Assembly (NCBI GenBank): GCA_036146655.1
Contig: JAYYJC010000030.1
Coordinates: 1-12,752 of the forward strand
Length of the DNA: 12,752 nt
Reading direction: 5' to 3'
Source of the DNA: Myxococcota bacterium
GTDB taxonomy: Bacteria > Myxococcota_A > UBA796
The notes beneath the pieces were generated by a model that worked only from the letters and a program-made list of their open reading frames with translations, searched no databases and was not told the DNA's origin. Below are positions 1-7,551 of this stretch, one piece after another. The position numbers and the translations under genes are program-made. How positions within the stretch are numbered: position 1 is the stretch's first letter; every line of letters starts with the position of its first letter.

Positions 1-380
1 AGCAATACCCCAAAGGGCTCGGTCGAACGCTACAGGCATTTGATTCGCAGGCTGCCTTCGAAAAAACATCTTTCTCTGCGATGCAGGACCCCAAATTTGC
101 CAATGCTGTGAGCCAGATGGAACGGAAAACACTCATTTTGAGTGGAATGGAAACACACATTTGTGTGTCTCAAACGGCTCGAGACCTGCGTGCGGCAGGA
201 TACACGGTGGTCATACCAGCGGATGCGGTACTGTCAAGACGAAAATTAGACTGGAAGATGGGCCTTCAGCGGATGGTTTCTGTCGGTTGCAGACTAGATT
301 CGGCTGAGGGAATACTCTTTGAGTGGGTGGGGCAATCTGGAACCCCACTTTTTAAAGAATTATCAAAGCGCATACGCTAA
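1..380 (+). CDS. Isochorismatase-family (cysteine hydrolase) protein, 5'-partial; frame is open from the window edge
   Basis: Frame 3 is open from position 3 through the ATG at 81 and ends with TAA at 378-380. The translation contains 'LILSGMETHICVSQTARDLRAAGYTVVIPADAV', which matches the conserved isochorismatase/YcaC-like core (catalytic-Cys region 'THICV' followed by the 'DA' motif). The upstream open frame implies the true start lies outside the window. Confidence 0.75.
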   Translation, partial: QYPKGLGRTLQAFDSQAAFEKTSFSAMQDPKFANAVSQMERKTLILSGMETHICVSQTARDLRAAGYTVVIPADAVLSRRKLDWKMGLQRMVSVGCRLDSAEGILFEWVGQSGTPLFKELSKRIR

Positions 381-389
381 GCAATGTGC

Positions 390-1637
390 TTATTCTCCGA
401 GAGACACACCTGCACAAAACTCTTCGCCTTGCTCTTCTGCACGCTTGACATCTTCAAAGAATGGATAGGAGTATTGGTCATACTTGAGCTCGTTTATTTT
501 GAACTCACCGCTTACAAGCACTCGAGAGTTTGACTCTGTACCGATGTAATAGATTTGGAAGTCTCCCTCTACTTTGCCACCTTCTTTAATTTGGCTTGGA
601 TCTTTGATTCGTACCCAGCTGGTGTGAAGTTCGGCCCAACCATCTAATCCAGCGTTTGATGAATCAAATGGTCTCCAACTGTTGTCTTCTATCTTGTGGT
701 AAAACGCTGGGGTCTCATCAATAGATGCGCCATTTGCAACGGTCATTTCAGGTTCCCAAGTATTCAAAGACAAATCAGCGAGTGCAGTGGTCTGTTCGAG
801 GTAAAGATCATAGTCAGGGGCATTTCGATCGTCGATGAACATAAAGTCGTCGTTGCCATTGTCGTAGTTTCCGTATGCTGCGGGTGCAGATGCAAATTCT
901 TCGTTTGAGAACTTGGCGTGTCCAAAACCAGCTGCCCAATCGGTTGTAAGGAACCAGAAATCATCTTGGTCACTTGGATTGAGTTGATAGGCGCCTGCGT
1001 TGAGGTAATAAATGGTGTAACCATCTTCTTCATTGACAGACCATTGATTGACCCAATCCGCACCATCTACATATTGAATGGCAGGTTCGCCCTCTACAGT
1101 AGATGTACATATGGTTGGCATGAAATCGGGATCGATAACAAATGAAAATCGGAAATCTTCCTCACCGGGTAGGTCGTGATGAACGGTGAGCTGCATGTGC
1201 CCTTCACCATTGATGAATGCCTCTGAGCGCCAAGCACTCACTTCTTGATTGAGCAAGTAGAAGCCATCGGTTTGCATGAAGGTGTGGTAGGTGGCATTGT
1301 TGATGCCTTCGCACTGAGCTTGAAGTGCGGCTTCGTCACAGGCTGTGTCTTCGGGGCTGCAAGCGCCTCCGATATATTGGTCTCCGCTTTCACCTTCTCT
1401 TGGACCGATGTAGCCGTCTTCCCAATCGTTGAGTTCTACATCCCAGCCACGGCCAGAACATTCGTAAATCTTTACATCAGGTGCACCTTTGGGTTGATCT
1501 TCGCTGCCATCGACATAGGGCATGGTGTCATCGATGAAGACCTTCGATGAATTCGCAGCCAACCAAGAGAACCAGTGGGCGTTCTTGATGGTGGCGTCTT
1601 CTGGATTACAAGCACTGAATAGCAAAAATGCGATCAT
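390..1637 (-). CDS. Highly acidic Trp/Tyr/Asp-rich lipoprotein of unknown function, with threefold [DE]DF[RWM]F motifs
   Basis: 415-aa ORF whose ATG at 1637 has a stop three codons upstream of the next in-frame position. A GAGGT SD (plus-strand 'acctc' at 1643-1647) sits 5 nt before the ATG. The N-terminus 'MIAFLLFSAC' is a lipobox-like signal. The product is very rich in D/E, W, Y, F and N. It carries recurring 'EEDFRFSFVIDPDF', 'DQDDFWFLTTDW' and 'GNDDFMFIDDRN' motifs. I recognise no characterised family. Confidence 0.7.
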   Translation of the reverse strand: MIAFLLFSACNPEDATIKNAHWFSWLAANSSKVFIDDTMPYVDGSEDQPKGAPDVKIYECSGRGWDVELNDWEDGYIGPREGESGDQYIGGACSPEDTACDEAALQAQCEGINNATYHTFMQTDGFYLLNQEVSAWRSEAFINGEGHMQLTVHHDLPGEEDFRFSFVIDPDFMPTICTSTVEGEPAIQYVDGADWVNQWSVNEEDGYTIYYLNAGAYQLNPSDQDDFWFLTTDWAAGFGHAKFSNEEFASAPAAYGNYDNGNDDFMFIDDRNAPDYDLYLEQTTALADLSLNTWEPEMTVANGASIDETPAFYHKIEDNSWRPFDSSNAGLDGWAELHTSWVRIKDPSQIKEGGKVEGDFQIYYIGTESNSRVLVSGEFKINELKYDQYSYPFFEDVKRAEEQGEEFCAGVSLGE

Positions 1638-1642
1638 AACAG

Positions 1643-1647
1643 ACCTC
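1643..1647 (-). promoter_or_regulatory. Shine-Dalgarno (GAGGT) for the acidic lipoprotein gene
   Basis: The minus-strand sequence reads ACGAGGTCTGTT-ATG, with the spacer 5 nt after GAGGT. Confidence 0.6.
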
Positions 1648-1696
1648 GTTGGGTAAATAAATCAATATGTCCATATAGGCTGTTTTAGTCCATTGG

Positions 1697-2617
1697 TCAA
1701 GTAGGAATTGACGCTTCGATACCCTCTTTTGAAGATGGGTATTTGTGACTAAAGCACAATGTATTTGTGAGTTTTGTGGTTTGCACACGAACAGAAGAAG
1801 TGTAGAGTTTTAGCAAGTCCGGTGTCCACCGCGGTCTGCGGTTTAATTTGGACTGAAGACGCTCGCTGTTGCGTGCAAGGTGATGTTGTATGTAACTGGG
1901 GACCCAAGTGGACCAAAACCGAGCACGGAAGGATGTCCCAATTCGACTGCATACCAATGCGTAAAATTCGGAAAGCATCATTGGAACCGTATCTGCCAAA
2001 TGGACAATTTCACCAGCGTCGAGTGTTTTGGCGATGTGGATTATCCCGTTGGCTGCATCATCAATGTGAATGGTTGGAATGTAACAACGGCCCTCGCCAG
2101 GGAGCCATAAATCCTTAGATTGTAGGTGTTCGGCAGCCATGAATGGCACTTTTGAACCATAGATGGTTCCCATCCGAACAATTTGGACTTCCATGCCAGA
2201 AGTCTGAAAGACATGCTCGGAGTCGAGCTTGGATTGACCGTAACGGGTATTTGGATTTGGGGGCATGTTTTCGTCTACCCAAAGATTCGAGCGATCTCCA
2301 TAAACAGCTGTACTGCTGACCATGAGCAATTTGGATTTCGGGGCGGCCTTTTGAGCTGCTTCAACAATCACTTTGCTTAATTGGTGATTGATGACATCCG
2401 GTGTATCTGTTCCTGCCCCTCGAACGCCACCTGCCAAATGCCAGATTTCGGATGCACCCTGCAGTGCCGCCTCGAGGCTTTCTGGATTTGAATAATCCAC
2501 TTGGACAATTCCGGTTGACCCACGGCGGCCCAAACCTTTATGTGGGACTCCCTGCTGTTTCAGCATTGAACGGACGGCCATACCCAAACGGCCTGATGCG
2601 CCAGTGATGACGATCAT
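1697..2617 (-). CDS. NAD(P)-dependent epimerase/dehydratase (extended SDR) family protein
   Basis: N-terminal Rossmann motif 'VITGASGRLG' (GxxGxxG) and catalytic 'YGQSK' (YxxxK) near residue 126. It runs 306 aa to the stop codon at 1697-1699. Its ATG at 2617 lies only 6 nt downstream of the TAA (2624-2626) of the FG-GAP gene, indicating translational coupling. The last ~60 aa are low-complexity, so C-terminal homology is uncertain. Confidence 0.8.
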   Translation of the reverse strand: MIVITGASGRLGMAVRSMLKQQGVPHKGLGRRGSTGIVQVDYSNPESLEAALQGASEIWHLAGGVRGAGTDTPDVINHQLSKVIVEAAQKAAPKSKLLMVSSTAVYGDRSNLWVDENMPPNPNTRYGQSKLDSEHVFQTSGMEVQIVRMGTIYGSKVPFMAAEHLQSKDLWLPGEGRCYIPTIHIDDAANGIIHIAKTLDAGEIVHLADTVPMMLSEFYALVCSRIGTSFRARFWSTWVPSYIQHHLARNSERLQSKLNRRPRWTPDLLKLYTSSVRVQTTKLTNTLCFSHKYPSSKEGIEASIPT

Positions 2618-2623
2618 ACTCGG

Positions 2624-5134
2624 TTATTCAAGTGTGGTACTGAGGGGCATAGAAGCGAAACGACCTTCACTGTCGTCGGTAAAGCCTTCTGGGATTCCAT
2701 CCCCATCAATGTCCGCAAAGTAGGGCATTAGCACGGACTCTGTAAAGAGCTGAATGCTGTAGGCTGGTGCCAGTCCACCGTCAACCCCTCGGTATACCCA
2801 AAACAGGCCGCTTGTTTCACCACGGATAAGAAGTTCTGGTTGTCCGTCAAGATCCAGATCCCTAGCAATGATGGTTGGCAGTATTGGGCCATCGTCCGTG
2901 AGGGTTTCGAGGGTTCGTGAGAAGGGAAGCAACAAACCGTTGTCGGTGCTGCTGTCGATGAGTACTTCAATGGGACTGTCCGGATTGGCACGGATGACTT
3001 CATCTATTCCATTGCCGTTGAGGTCAGCCGAAATGATCTCACAGTCTTCTGTGGTGCAACCCGTGATACTTTTGAAGTATATGGTTTCACATTCATCACT
3101 GTCTTCAATTATACAACCATTGTTTGCATTATCAAAGCAACCGCTACTACAGTCTTGTGCTGTGCATTCACATGTTCCTTCTACACCATAAACAGGTGGA
3201 CCCACATAAAGCGTACTTGATACATTATTTCCAGCATTTGAAGTGCTGGACTGTAGCGCTTCATTATAGATGCTGAGGGTGTCGGTTCCACCATACACCA
3301 AAATATTCTGCTCACCACCTGTGGTATGGCAACTCAGACGGTTTCCATTGGTGGACACTGTATTGAGAAGTTCAAAACTCAAATCTGAAGTTTGTTCAAC
3401 TGTGACCAGTCCAAGTTTTTGCAGCTGTGTTTCATTGCCATTATTGGTCAAAGCATAGACAAAATCCCCGCAGCCCACGAGGTCGAGTGGGGCACTATTC
3501 CCAAGAGCCACACTGCTATATGTGGTTGCATCAATGTCGAGAATATCATCGCTAGTATCATTGGGGGTGGCATTGTCAGACACCCCAAGCGGCATTGTTC
3601 GCAATCTGAGTGTGTCTGATTGATTGTCAGAACTGCCAGAGCTGACGAAACCGATCAGTTCATTTGTACCGTCTTGATCAAGGTCCCAAACCACATGTTT
3701 CCCAGAAAAGTTGGTTTCAGAACGGCGCCATGACGGTGTATACAGTGACCATGACACCGACAATGCGGCATTGCTCACGCCGAAGTGTTGCATTGGGTGC
3801 GGATTAAAGGTAGTGACCTCAGCCAGTCCATCACCCGTGCTGTCAGCTGCAGTGATGGGGCCAGCCACTCCGAGACCATCAATTGATTTGGCAGAATAGT
3901 TTCCTGTCTCGATATCGTAGCTCACCAGATTTAGGGTGTCTTCTTCCATTGCTAGGATGTCGACACTCGTATTGGAGTCCACATCATAGAAGTGCGGGTA
4001 AAATGCACCATAGGTTTGATCGTATTTGGTGACTGCTGAGCTGATGATGAAAAAAACAAGTGTTTGAGAGGATGCCCCTTGTCCACCCACAATCACCAGG
4101 TCTTTACGGCCATCTGCATCTATATCATAAAGTGGGGGTAAAATAGAACCTGGTAAAGCCGTAAAGGCCTCTGGTGCGATGACGGATGGTGAACCCCCTA
4201 GCCAGTTGTTTTCATTGAGAGAATGCCGACGAACAATGCCATCGAGGGCAGAGATGACATTGACCTCAAAGCGGCCGTCCCTAATTTCATCTGAAGCTGA
4301 CATGGCATCGATGGGGTACACGAGCATTAGGGGTGTCTGCTCCTCAAAAGACCAAGACCCTGAGCCCATTAGCATGGTTACGACAGACTGGTCACTGGCT
4401 GAGCCTGCAATGACCACATCAGCGTGTCCGTCGAGATTGAGGTCTTCAGCCATGACACTGACGATGCCGTGATCAGGGATCCGATAGCCCCCCATAAAAT
4501 GGAGCCCACCGCTCGGATGACCGCGCAGCAGATAGGCCTCAGAGTCTGACCAAGCCACCACGTCTAGGACTCCATCATCGTCAATGTGAGCTGACCATGC
4601 CCCCAAAATCAGAGTTGGAAACTCTGCAACAACAGTACCGGTTAAGCCTGCGCCATCTGGGTAATAATAGATGTTGGTAGTACTGACCAGATAGCTCCCT
4701 CCAGTAGCCTTTATGGCACGATCCGTTGAAGCCTCAGGGTCAACTGCGGCTGAGCCCATCGATGATGGAAACTGGGCAGGAAGTGACACATGTACAGCTT
4801 CTCCACTGCCACTCAAGCCATCTGCGCTTGCTTCGACAATGTAGTGTCCCTCAGGGAGTTCAAACTCGACTTCAGCAAAACCCATGGCATCCGATTGAAC
4901 GGTTTCGAGACTGGTGCTGCCGTCCGGTGCTGTGATGGTAAAGGCAATGTCACCACCTTTGATGCCTGTGCCAATGGTTGTGACAAGTGCTGCTCGTGCA
5001 ATAACTGAGTCTGTACTTGTGGTGCTGTAGACCCTTAGACTGGAAGTCGTAAAAGGCTCCACTTCTTCAAGTACTGGTTTGGCGACCGGTGGTACGGTAT
5101 CACAAGAAAATAGTAACAGGGAGAGAATTGACAT
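2624..5134 (-). CDS. FG-GAP / integrin-alpha-like beta-propeller repeat lipoprotein with an embedded Cys-rich (EGF-like) module and an N-terminal Ig-like/carboxypeptidase-regulatory-like domain
   Basis: The ORF is open to 5371, but the internal ATG at 5134 yields 'MSILSLLLFSCD', a signal peptide with a lipobox. The upstream 79 codons would overlap the S8 gene 3' end and do not look protein-like. Multiple Ca-binding-loop repeats are typical of FG-GAP/VCBS propellers: 'DIDADGRKDLVIVG', 'DLDQDGTNELIGF', 'DLNLDGHADVVIAGSA', 'DDDGVLDVVAWS', 'DLDLDGQPELLIRG' and 'DIDGDGIPEG'. A ~53-aa segment at 3029-3187 holds 10 Cys ('GTCECTAQDCSSGCFDNANNGCIIEDSDECETIYFKSITGCTTEDCE'). Confidence 0.8.
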   Translation of the reverse strand: MSILSLLLFSCDTVPPVAKPVLEEVEPFTTSSLRVYSTTSTDSVIARAALVTTIGTGIKGGDIAFTITAPDGSTSLETVQSDAMGFAEVEFELPEGHYIVEASADGLSGSGEAVHVSLPAQFPSSMGSAAVDPEASTDRAIKATGGSYLVSTTNIYYYPDGAGLTGTVVAEFPTLILGAWSAHIDDDGVLDVVAWSDSEAYLLRGHPSGGLHFMGGYRIPDHGIVSVMAEDLNLDGHADVVIAGSASDQSVVTMLMGSGSWSFEEQTPLMLVYPIDAMSASDEIRDGRFEVNVISALDGIVRRHSLNENNWLGGSPSVIAPEAFTALPGSILPPLYDIDADGRKDLVIVGGQGASSQTLVFFIISSAVTKYDQTYGAFYPHFYDVDSNTSVDILAMEEDTLNLVSYDIETGNYSAKSIDGLGVAGPITAADSTGDGLAEVTTFNPHPMQHFGVSNAALSVSWSLYTPSWRRSETNFSGKHVVWDLDQDGTNELIGFVSSGSSDNQSDTLRLRTMPLGVSDNATPNDTSDDILDIDATTYSSVALGNSAPLDLVGCGDFVYALTNNGNETQLQKLGLVTVEQTSDLSFELLNTVSTNGNRLSCHTTGGEQNILVYGGTDTLSIYNEALQSSTSNAGNNVSSTLYVGPPVYGVEGTCECTAQDCSSGCFDNANNGCIIEDSDECETIYFKSITGCTTEDCEIISADLNGNGIDEVIRANPDSPIEVLIDSSTDNGLLLPFSRTLETLTDDGPILPTIIARDLDLDGQPELLIRGETSGLFWVYRGVDGGLAPAYSIQLFTESVLMPYFADIDGDGIPEGFTDDSEGRFASMPLSTTLE

Positions 5135-5177
5135 GGCTACTGGCTCACAAATCGTTGTTCTTTCTGCAGCCAGCTTA

Positions 5178-6656
5178 TCATTTTTTGGACTGACTGCGAA
5201 ACTTGAATTTTCGAAATGCCACAAGCCAAAACGGTAAAATGAGTGCAGCACCACCGCCACATCCCGATTTGCGTTGTCTTCTTGGCAGCCGTGCTCGACC
5301 TGCGCCAAAGCGATTGTCTTGATTGGGGTGGTCTTCCCAGATGGCGGCTTCGCTGAGACGGTCTGCCGCATCAGATGGACTTTGACTGAAGTCTTCGCTG
5401 AGCAATAGTGCCAAGGCTCCCGTCACCGCAGGTGTTGAAGCAGAGGTGCCATAAAAACCAATTGGTCCAAATGCATGTGTGGTTAATCCGTCCGGTCCTG
5501 AGATGTTTGGTTTTTGGAGCCCGTCTAAAGTAGGGCCTTGAGACGAAAAGGGCTCTGGATCATTAAAAACATATCGATCAGCCCTGACCGCACCAACTGT
5601 AAATACACTTGGATGATTTCCGGGATCCACAATTGATCCTTCAGGCATGGGGGTGTAAAATTCTCCATTACGGGCATATATGCGAAACCGTGTGTTTCCA
5701 GTTCCGCCTGCTCGGTGCACTTGCAAAAAGTACCAGTCACTTTCGGCAATGGCGCCTCGCAAACTCTCCGACGGATTGCAACCGTCCTCTTCACGGCTTT
5801 GAGTGCGCGTGGCCTTTCCAACCAGTTCTGCGTCTCTGCTCCACAAAAAGACATCAAAGTCGCTTCGGCCACAATTGTTGTATTCGTCCCAGTTCACACT
5901 TATTCGGGCACTGCCTTGATTGAAGTAGATCGGTATAAACTCTGACCCCCATTCAAACTCATGGAGCCCGTTTCCATTTTGGTCAGCGTAGGAGTCCATA
6001 TAGTGTTGGTCTGCATAGTTGCCTGCACTGGTCACCATGAGAATATTGGCTGCGGCAAGTTTATCCATCAATCGATTGATGGGGCCTGTACCGTCGTAGA
6101 AGCTTTCACCAAAAAAGGAAAGCGACATGGAAATAAAATCAATGTCGTTGCGGATGGCCCAATCGACTGCATTTTCCAAAGTGGTTTGTCCATTGACTCT
6201 GACAACATGTATTTCGGCCTCTGGTGCGATGTCACGCACAATCTCTGCACAGGCTACACCGTGCGAGCCCCTTTCAAATGTATACCGAAGTTGAAGCGTA
6301 TCAATGGGCAGTTCGCAGCTTTTACTGGCAAAACAATCATGACTGATGATGCCTTCAAGTTCTGGAGAAGGGGTGTCAATCCCATACCACTCTGCATCAA
6401 AAACAGCGATTTTGACACCCGCTCCAAGCACTCCATCTGCATGCCACTCCAAGACATTCAGTGCATCAAAAGTTTCTATTGGCTTTACATCACCAATGAA
6501 TGCATCTGTTTGTGGAATGCTTTCATAACGCCAAGGCACATCTGTGGGAATGGCTTCAAGGGTGCTCCCATAATCACTGCTGACGATGGCCAGTGGATGA
6601 TTGGGCACATCCACGCGAATTAAATCTGGGGGAACTGTGAAAGGTGGTGGAAACAT
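5178..6656 (-). CDS. Subtilisin-like serine peptidase (S8 family) with a C-terminal Gly/Cys-rich, transmembrane, basic sorting-signal-like tail and no N-terminal signal peptide
   Basis: The catalytic triad motifs appear in S8 order: Asp ('KIAVFDAEWYG'), His ('ERGSHGVACAEIVRD', resembling kexin-like HGTxCAGEIAA), oxyanion Asn ('TSAGNYAD') and Ser ('GTSASTPAVTGALALLL'). The C-terminus 'SGCGGGAALILPFWLVAFRKFKFRSQSKK' (5181-5264) has the architecture of PEP-CTERM / MYXO-CTERM-type sorting signals. The N-terminus 'MFPPPFTVPPDLIRVDVPNHPLAIV' is not a signal peptide. A stop lies two codons upstream of the ATG. Confidence 0.85.
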   Translation of the reverse strand: MFPPPFTVPPDLIRVDVPNHPLAIVSSDYGSTLEAIPTDVPWRYESIPQTDAFIGDVKPIETFDALNVLEWHADGVLGAGVKIAVFDAEWYGIDTPSPELEGIISHDCFASKSCELPIDTLQLRYTFERGSHGVACAEIVRDIAPEAEIHVVRVNGQTTLENAVDWAIRNDIDFISMSLSFFGESFYDGTGPINRLMDKLAAANILMVTSAGNYADQHYMDSYADQNGNGLHEFEWGSEFIPIYFNQGSARISVNWDEYNNCGRSDFDVFLWSRDAELVGKATRTQSREEDGCNPSESLRGAIAESDWYFLQVHRAGGTGNTRFRIYARNGEFYTPMPEGSIVDPGNHPSVFTVGAVRADRYVFNDPEPFSSQGPTLDGLQKPNISGPDGLTTHAFGPIGFYGTSASTPAVTGALALLLSEDFSQSPSDAADRLSEAAIWEDHPNQDNRFGAGRARLPRRQRKSGCGGGAALILPFWLVAFRKFKFRSQSKK

Positions 6657-6704
6657 GCTAGGTTAATAACCCTATATGAATGCATGCACATTGAGTTCCC
6701 CTAA

Positions 6705-7490
6705 ATGAATCCTTTGCCTTGGAAGCTTCGCCTATACCATCACGGGTTTGCCCACATTTCACTGTCTTGGGAAGGGAGAGATATTCACTTTTGTCCCATT
6801 GAGCCAATCGAAGAAGATGCAGTGGCAGTGGTTCTTTGGTCTTGGCCTGAACACCTTCAAGGGTGTATTGATACTTTAAAGCAAGGACGGACACTCACCC
6901 TCGTAGCCCCACCTGAAATTATTGATTATTTGTCAACTTTTGGTCGAGTGATTGGTTCATCTCATTTTGAGGAAGCGGGTCTTGTCATTGATCTGCATCC
7001 CTATGAGCCCATCCCAGAGTGGAGCATTAGAGGTGGTGCTGAACGCATCAAGGCTGGCCTTCAGCGGCCATTCAGAACACTTAGAAGACTTCACAAAAAA
7101 CGACAAATACCGCCTTGTGAACCACACATTGCAAATATTATATTTCCATCTGGTGCACGGCTGGTACACCTCAACACTGCACTTCACAATACCACAGTTC
7201 CCAGTCAGCTCACAGAATGGAGCCAACAATTTGGAGACCCAGACTGGACATTGTCTGGCTTAGATGTGGGTCACCATGAGAGTTGGTACAATCAAATTAT
7301 GCAATTTACCACTGGGGCCATTTTACTCTGTGACTTGCTTGGAGACAGCCGTCGGCGAAATGGAATGTCAACCCCACTGCTGACTCCCATTGTGGATTCC
7401 GCTGTAACAAAAAATATTAACGCTTTTGTGTTCGCCACCTATGCATCCTATCGTTACGATACTGTGGACTTGATTTCAGCGGTACAATAG
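6705..7490 (+). CDS. Degenerate MBL-fold (metallo-beta-lactamase-like, UPF0173/UlaG-like) protein
   Basis: 261-aa ORF. The N-terminus 'KLRLYHHGFAHISLSWEGRDIHFCPI' resembles the 'KITWLGHAAFLIEG..ILIDP' opening of MBL-fold hydrolases, and 'AVVLWSWPEHLQG' sits where the HxHxDH motif would be but is degenerate (only one His). There is no clear SD. It is divergent from the S8 gene with a 48-bp spacer. Confidence 0.55.
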   Translation: MNPLPWKLRLYHHGFAHISLSWEGRDIHFCPIEPIEEDAVAVVLWSWPEHLQGCIDTLKQGRTLTLVAPPEIIDYLSTFGRVIGSSHFEEAGLVIDLHPYEPIPEWSIRGGAERIKAGLQRPFRTLRRLHKKRQIPPCEPHIANIIFPSGARLVHLNTALHNTTVPSQLTEWSQQFGDPDWTLSGLDVGHHESWYNQIMQFTTGAILLCDLLGDSRRRNGMSTPLLTPIVDSAVTKNINAFVFATYASYRYDTVDLISAVQ

Positions 7491-7510
7491 GCCACCTAAA
7501 TGGCCTATTT
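7490..7510 (+). terminator. Small hairpin (GGCCA-CCTAAA-TGGCC) followed by TATTT, immediately after the MBL-like gene stop
   Basis: A 5-bp perfect stem with a 6-nt loop begins at the last base of the TAG stop (7488-7490) and is followed by a T-rich tract. The stem is short, so this is a weak terminator candidate. Confidence 0.3.
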
Positions 7511-7540
7511 AGACCTCAAAAGACCTCAAAAGACCTCAAA
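7511..7540 (+). repeat. Three perfect tandem copies of the 10-mer AGACCTCAAA
   Basis: Read directly from the sequence: 7511-7520, 7521-7530 and 7531-7540 are identical. A fourth AGACC half-unit occurs at 7552-7556 and its inverted copy GGTCT at 7567-7571. Confidence 0.95.
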
Positions 7541-7551
7541 TCAACTGAATT

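Noticed and set aside
381-389. 9-bp gap between convergent stops of the isochorismatase and acidic lipoprotein genes as a potential bidirectional terminator
   Set aside because: It is too short to hold a hairpin. Any terminator would have to lie within the coding sequences, and I see no convincing stem-loop there.
1749-2118. ORFs 1749-1952 (-), 1774-2118 (+) and 1880-2110 (+) overlapping the epimerase gene
   Set aside because: They overlap a gene with clear SDR motifs (GxxGxxG, YxxxK). They have no start context or homology and are therefore spurious.
2728-5008. Numerous 60-110-aa ORFs on both strands within the FG-GAP gene (e.g. 2868-3191, 3392-3619, 4179-4472, 4790-5008)
   Set aside because: They are embedded in a long ORF with repeated FG-GAP Ca-binding loops. 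Their compositions are Ser/Cys/Pro-biased, as expected of out-of-frame translation.
5135-5371. 79-codon N-terminal extension of the 915-aa ORF (start at 5371) overlapping the 3' end of the S8 gene
   Set aside because: The extension (MRQTVSAKPPSGKTTPIK...) is not signal-peptide-like and would overlap the S8 coding region by 194 nt in another frame. The internal ATG at 5134 gives a textbook lipoprotein signal (MSILSLLLFSC), so I use the shorter gene model.
5961-6623. 220-aa plus-strand ORF antisense to the S8 peptidase gene
   Set aside because: The minus-strand frame carries the complete, ordered S8 catalytic motifs. The antisense ORF is Cys/His-rich, has no recognisable domain and is a typical shadow ORF.
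6658-6894. 78-aa minus-strand ORF ending 2 nt upstream of the S8 start, considered as a frameshifted N-terminal (signal/pro-peptide) extension of the protease
   Set aside because: Its sequence (MSVLALKYQYTLEGVQAK...) is not signal-peptide or propeptide-like. It is antisense to the well-formed N-terminus of the MBL-like gene, so frameshift rescue is not supported.
7511-7540. Tandem 10-mers considered as a CRISPR array or minisatellite
   Set aside because: There are only three units, no spacers, and the unit length is far too short for a CRISPR repeat. I interpret it as a regulatory or iteron-like array instead.
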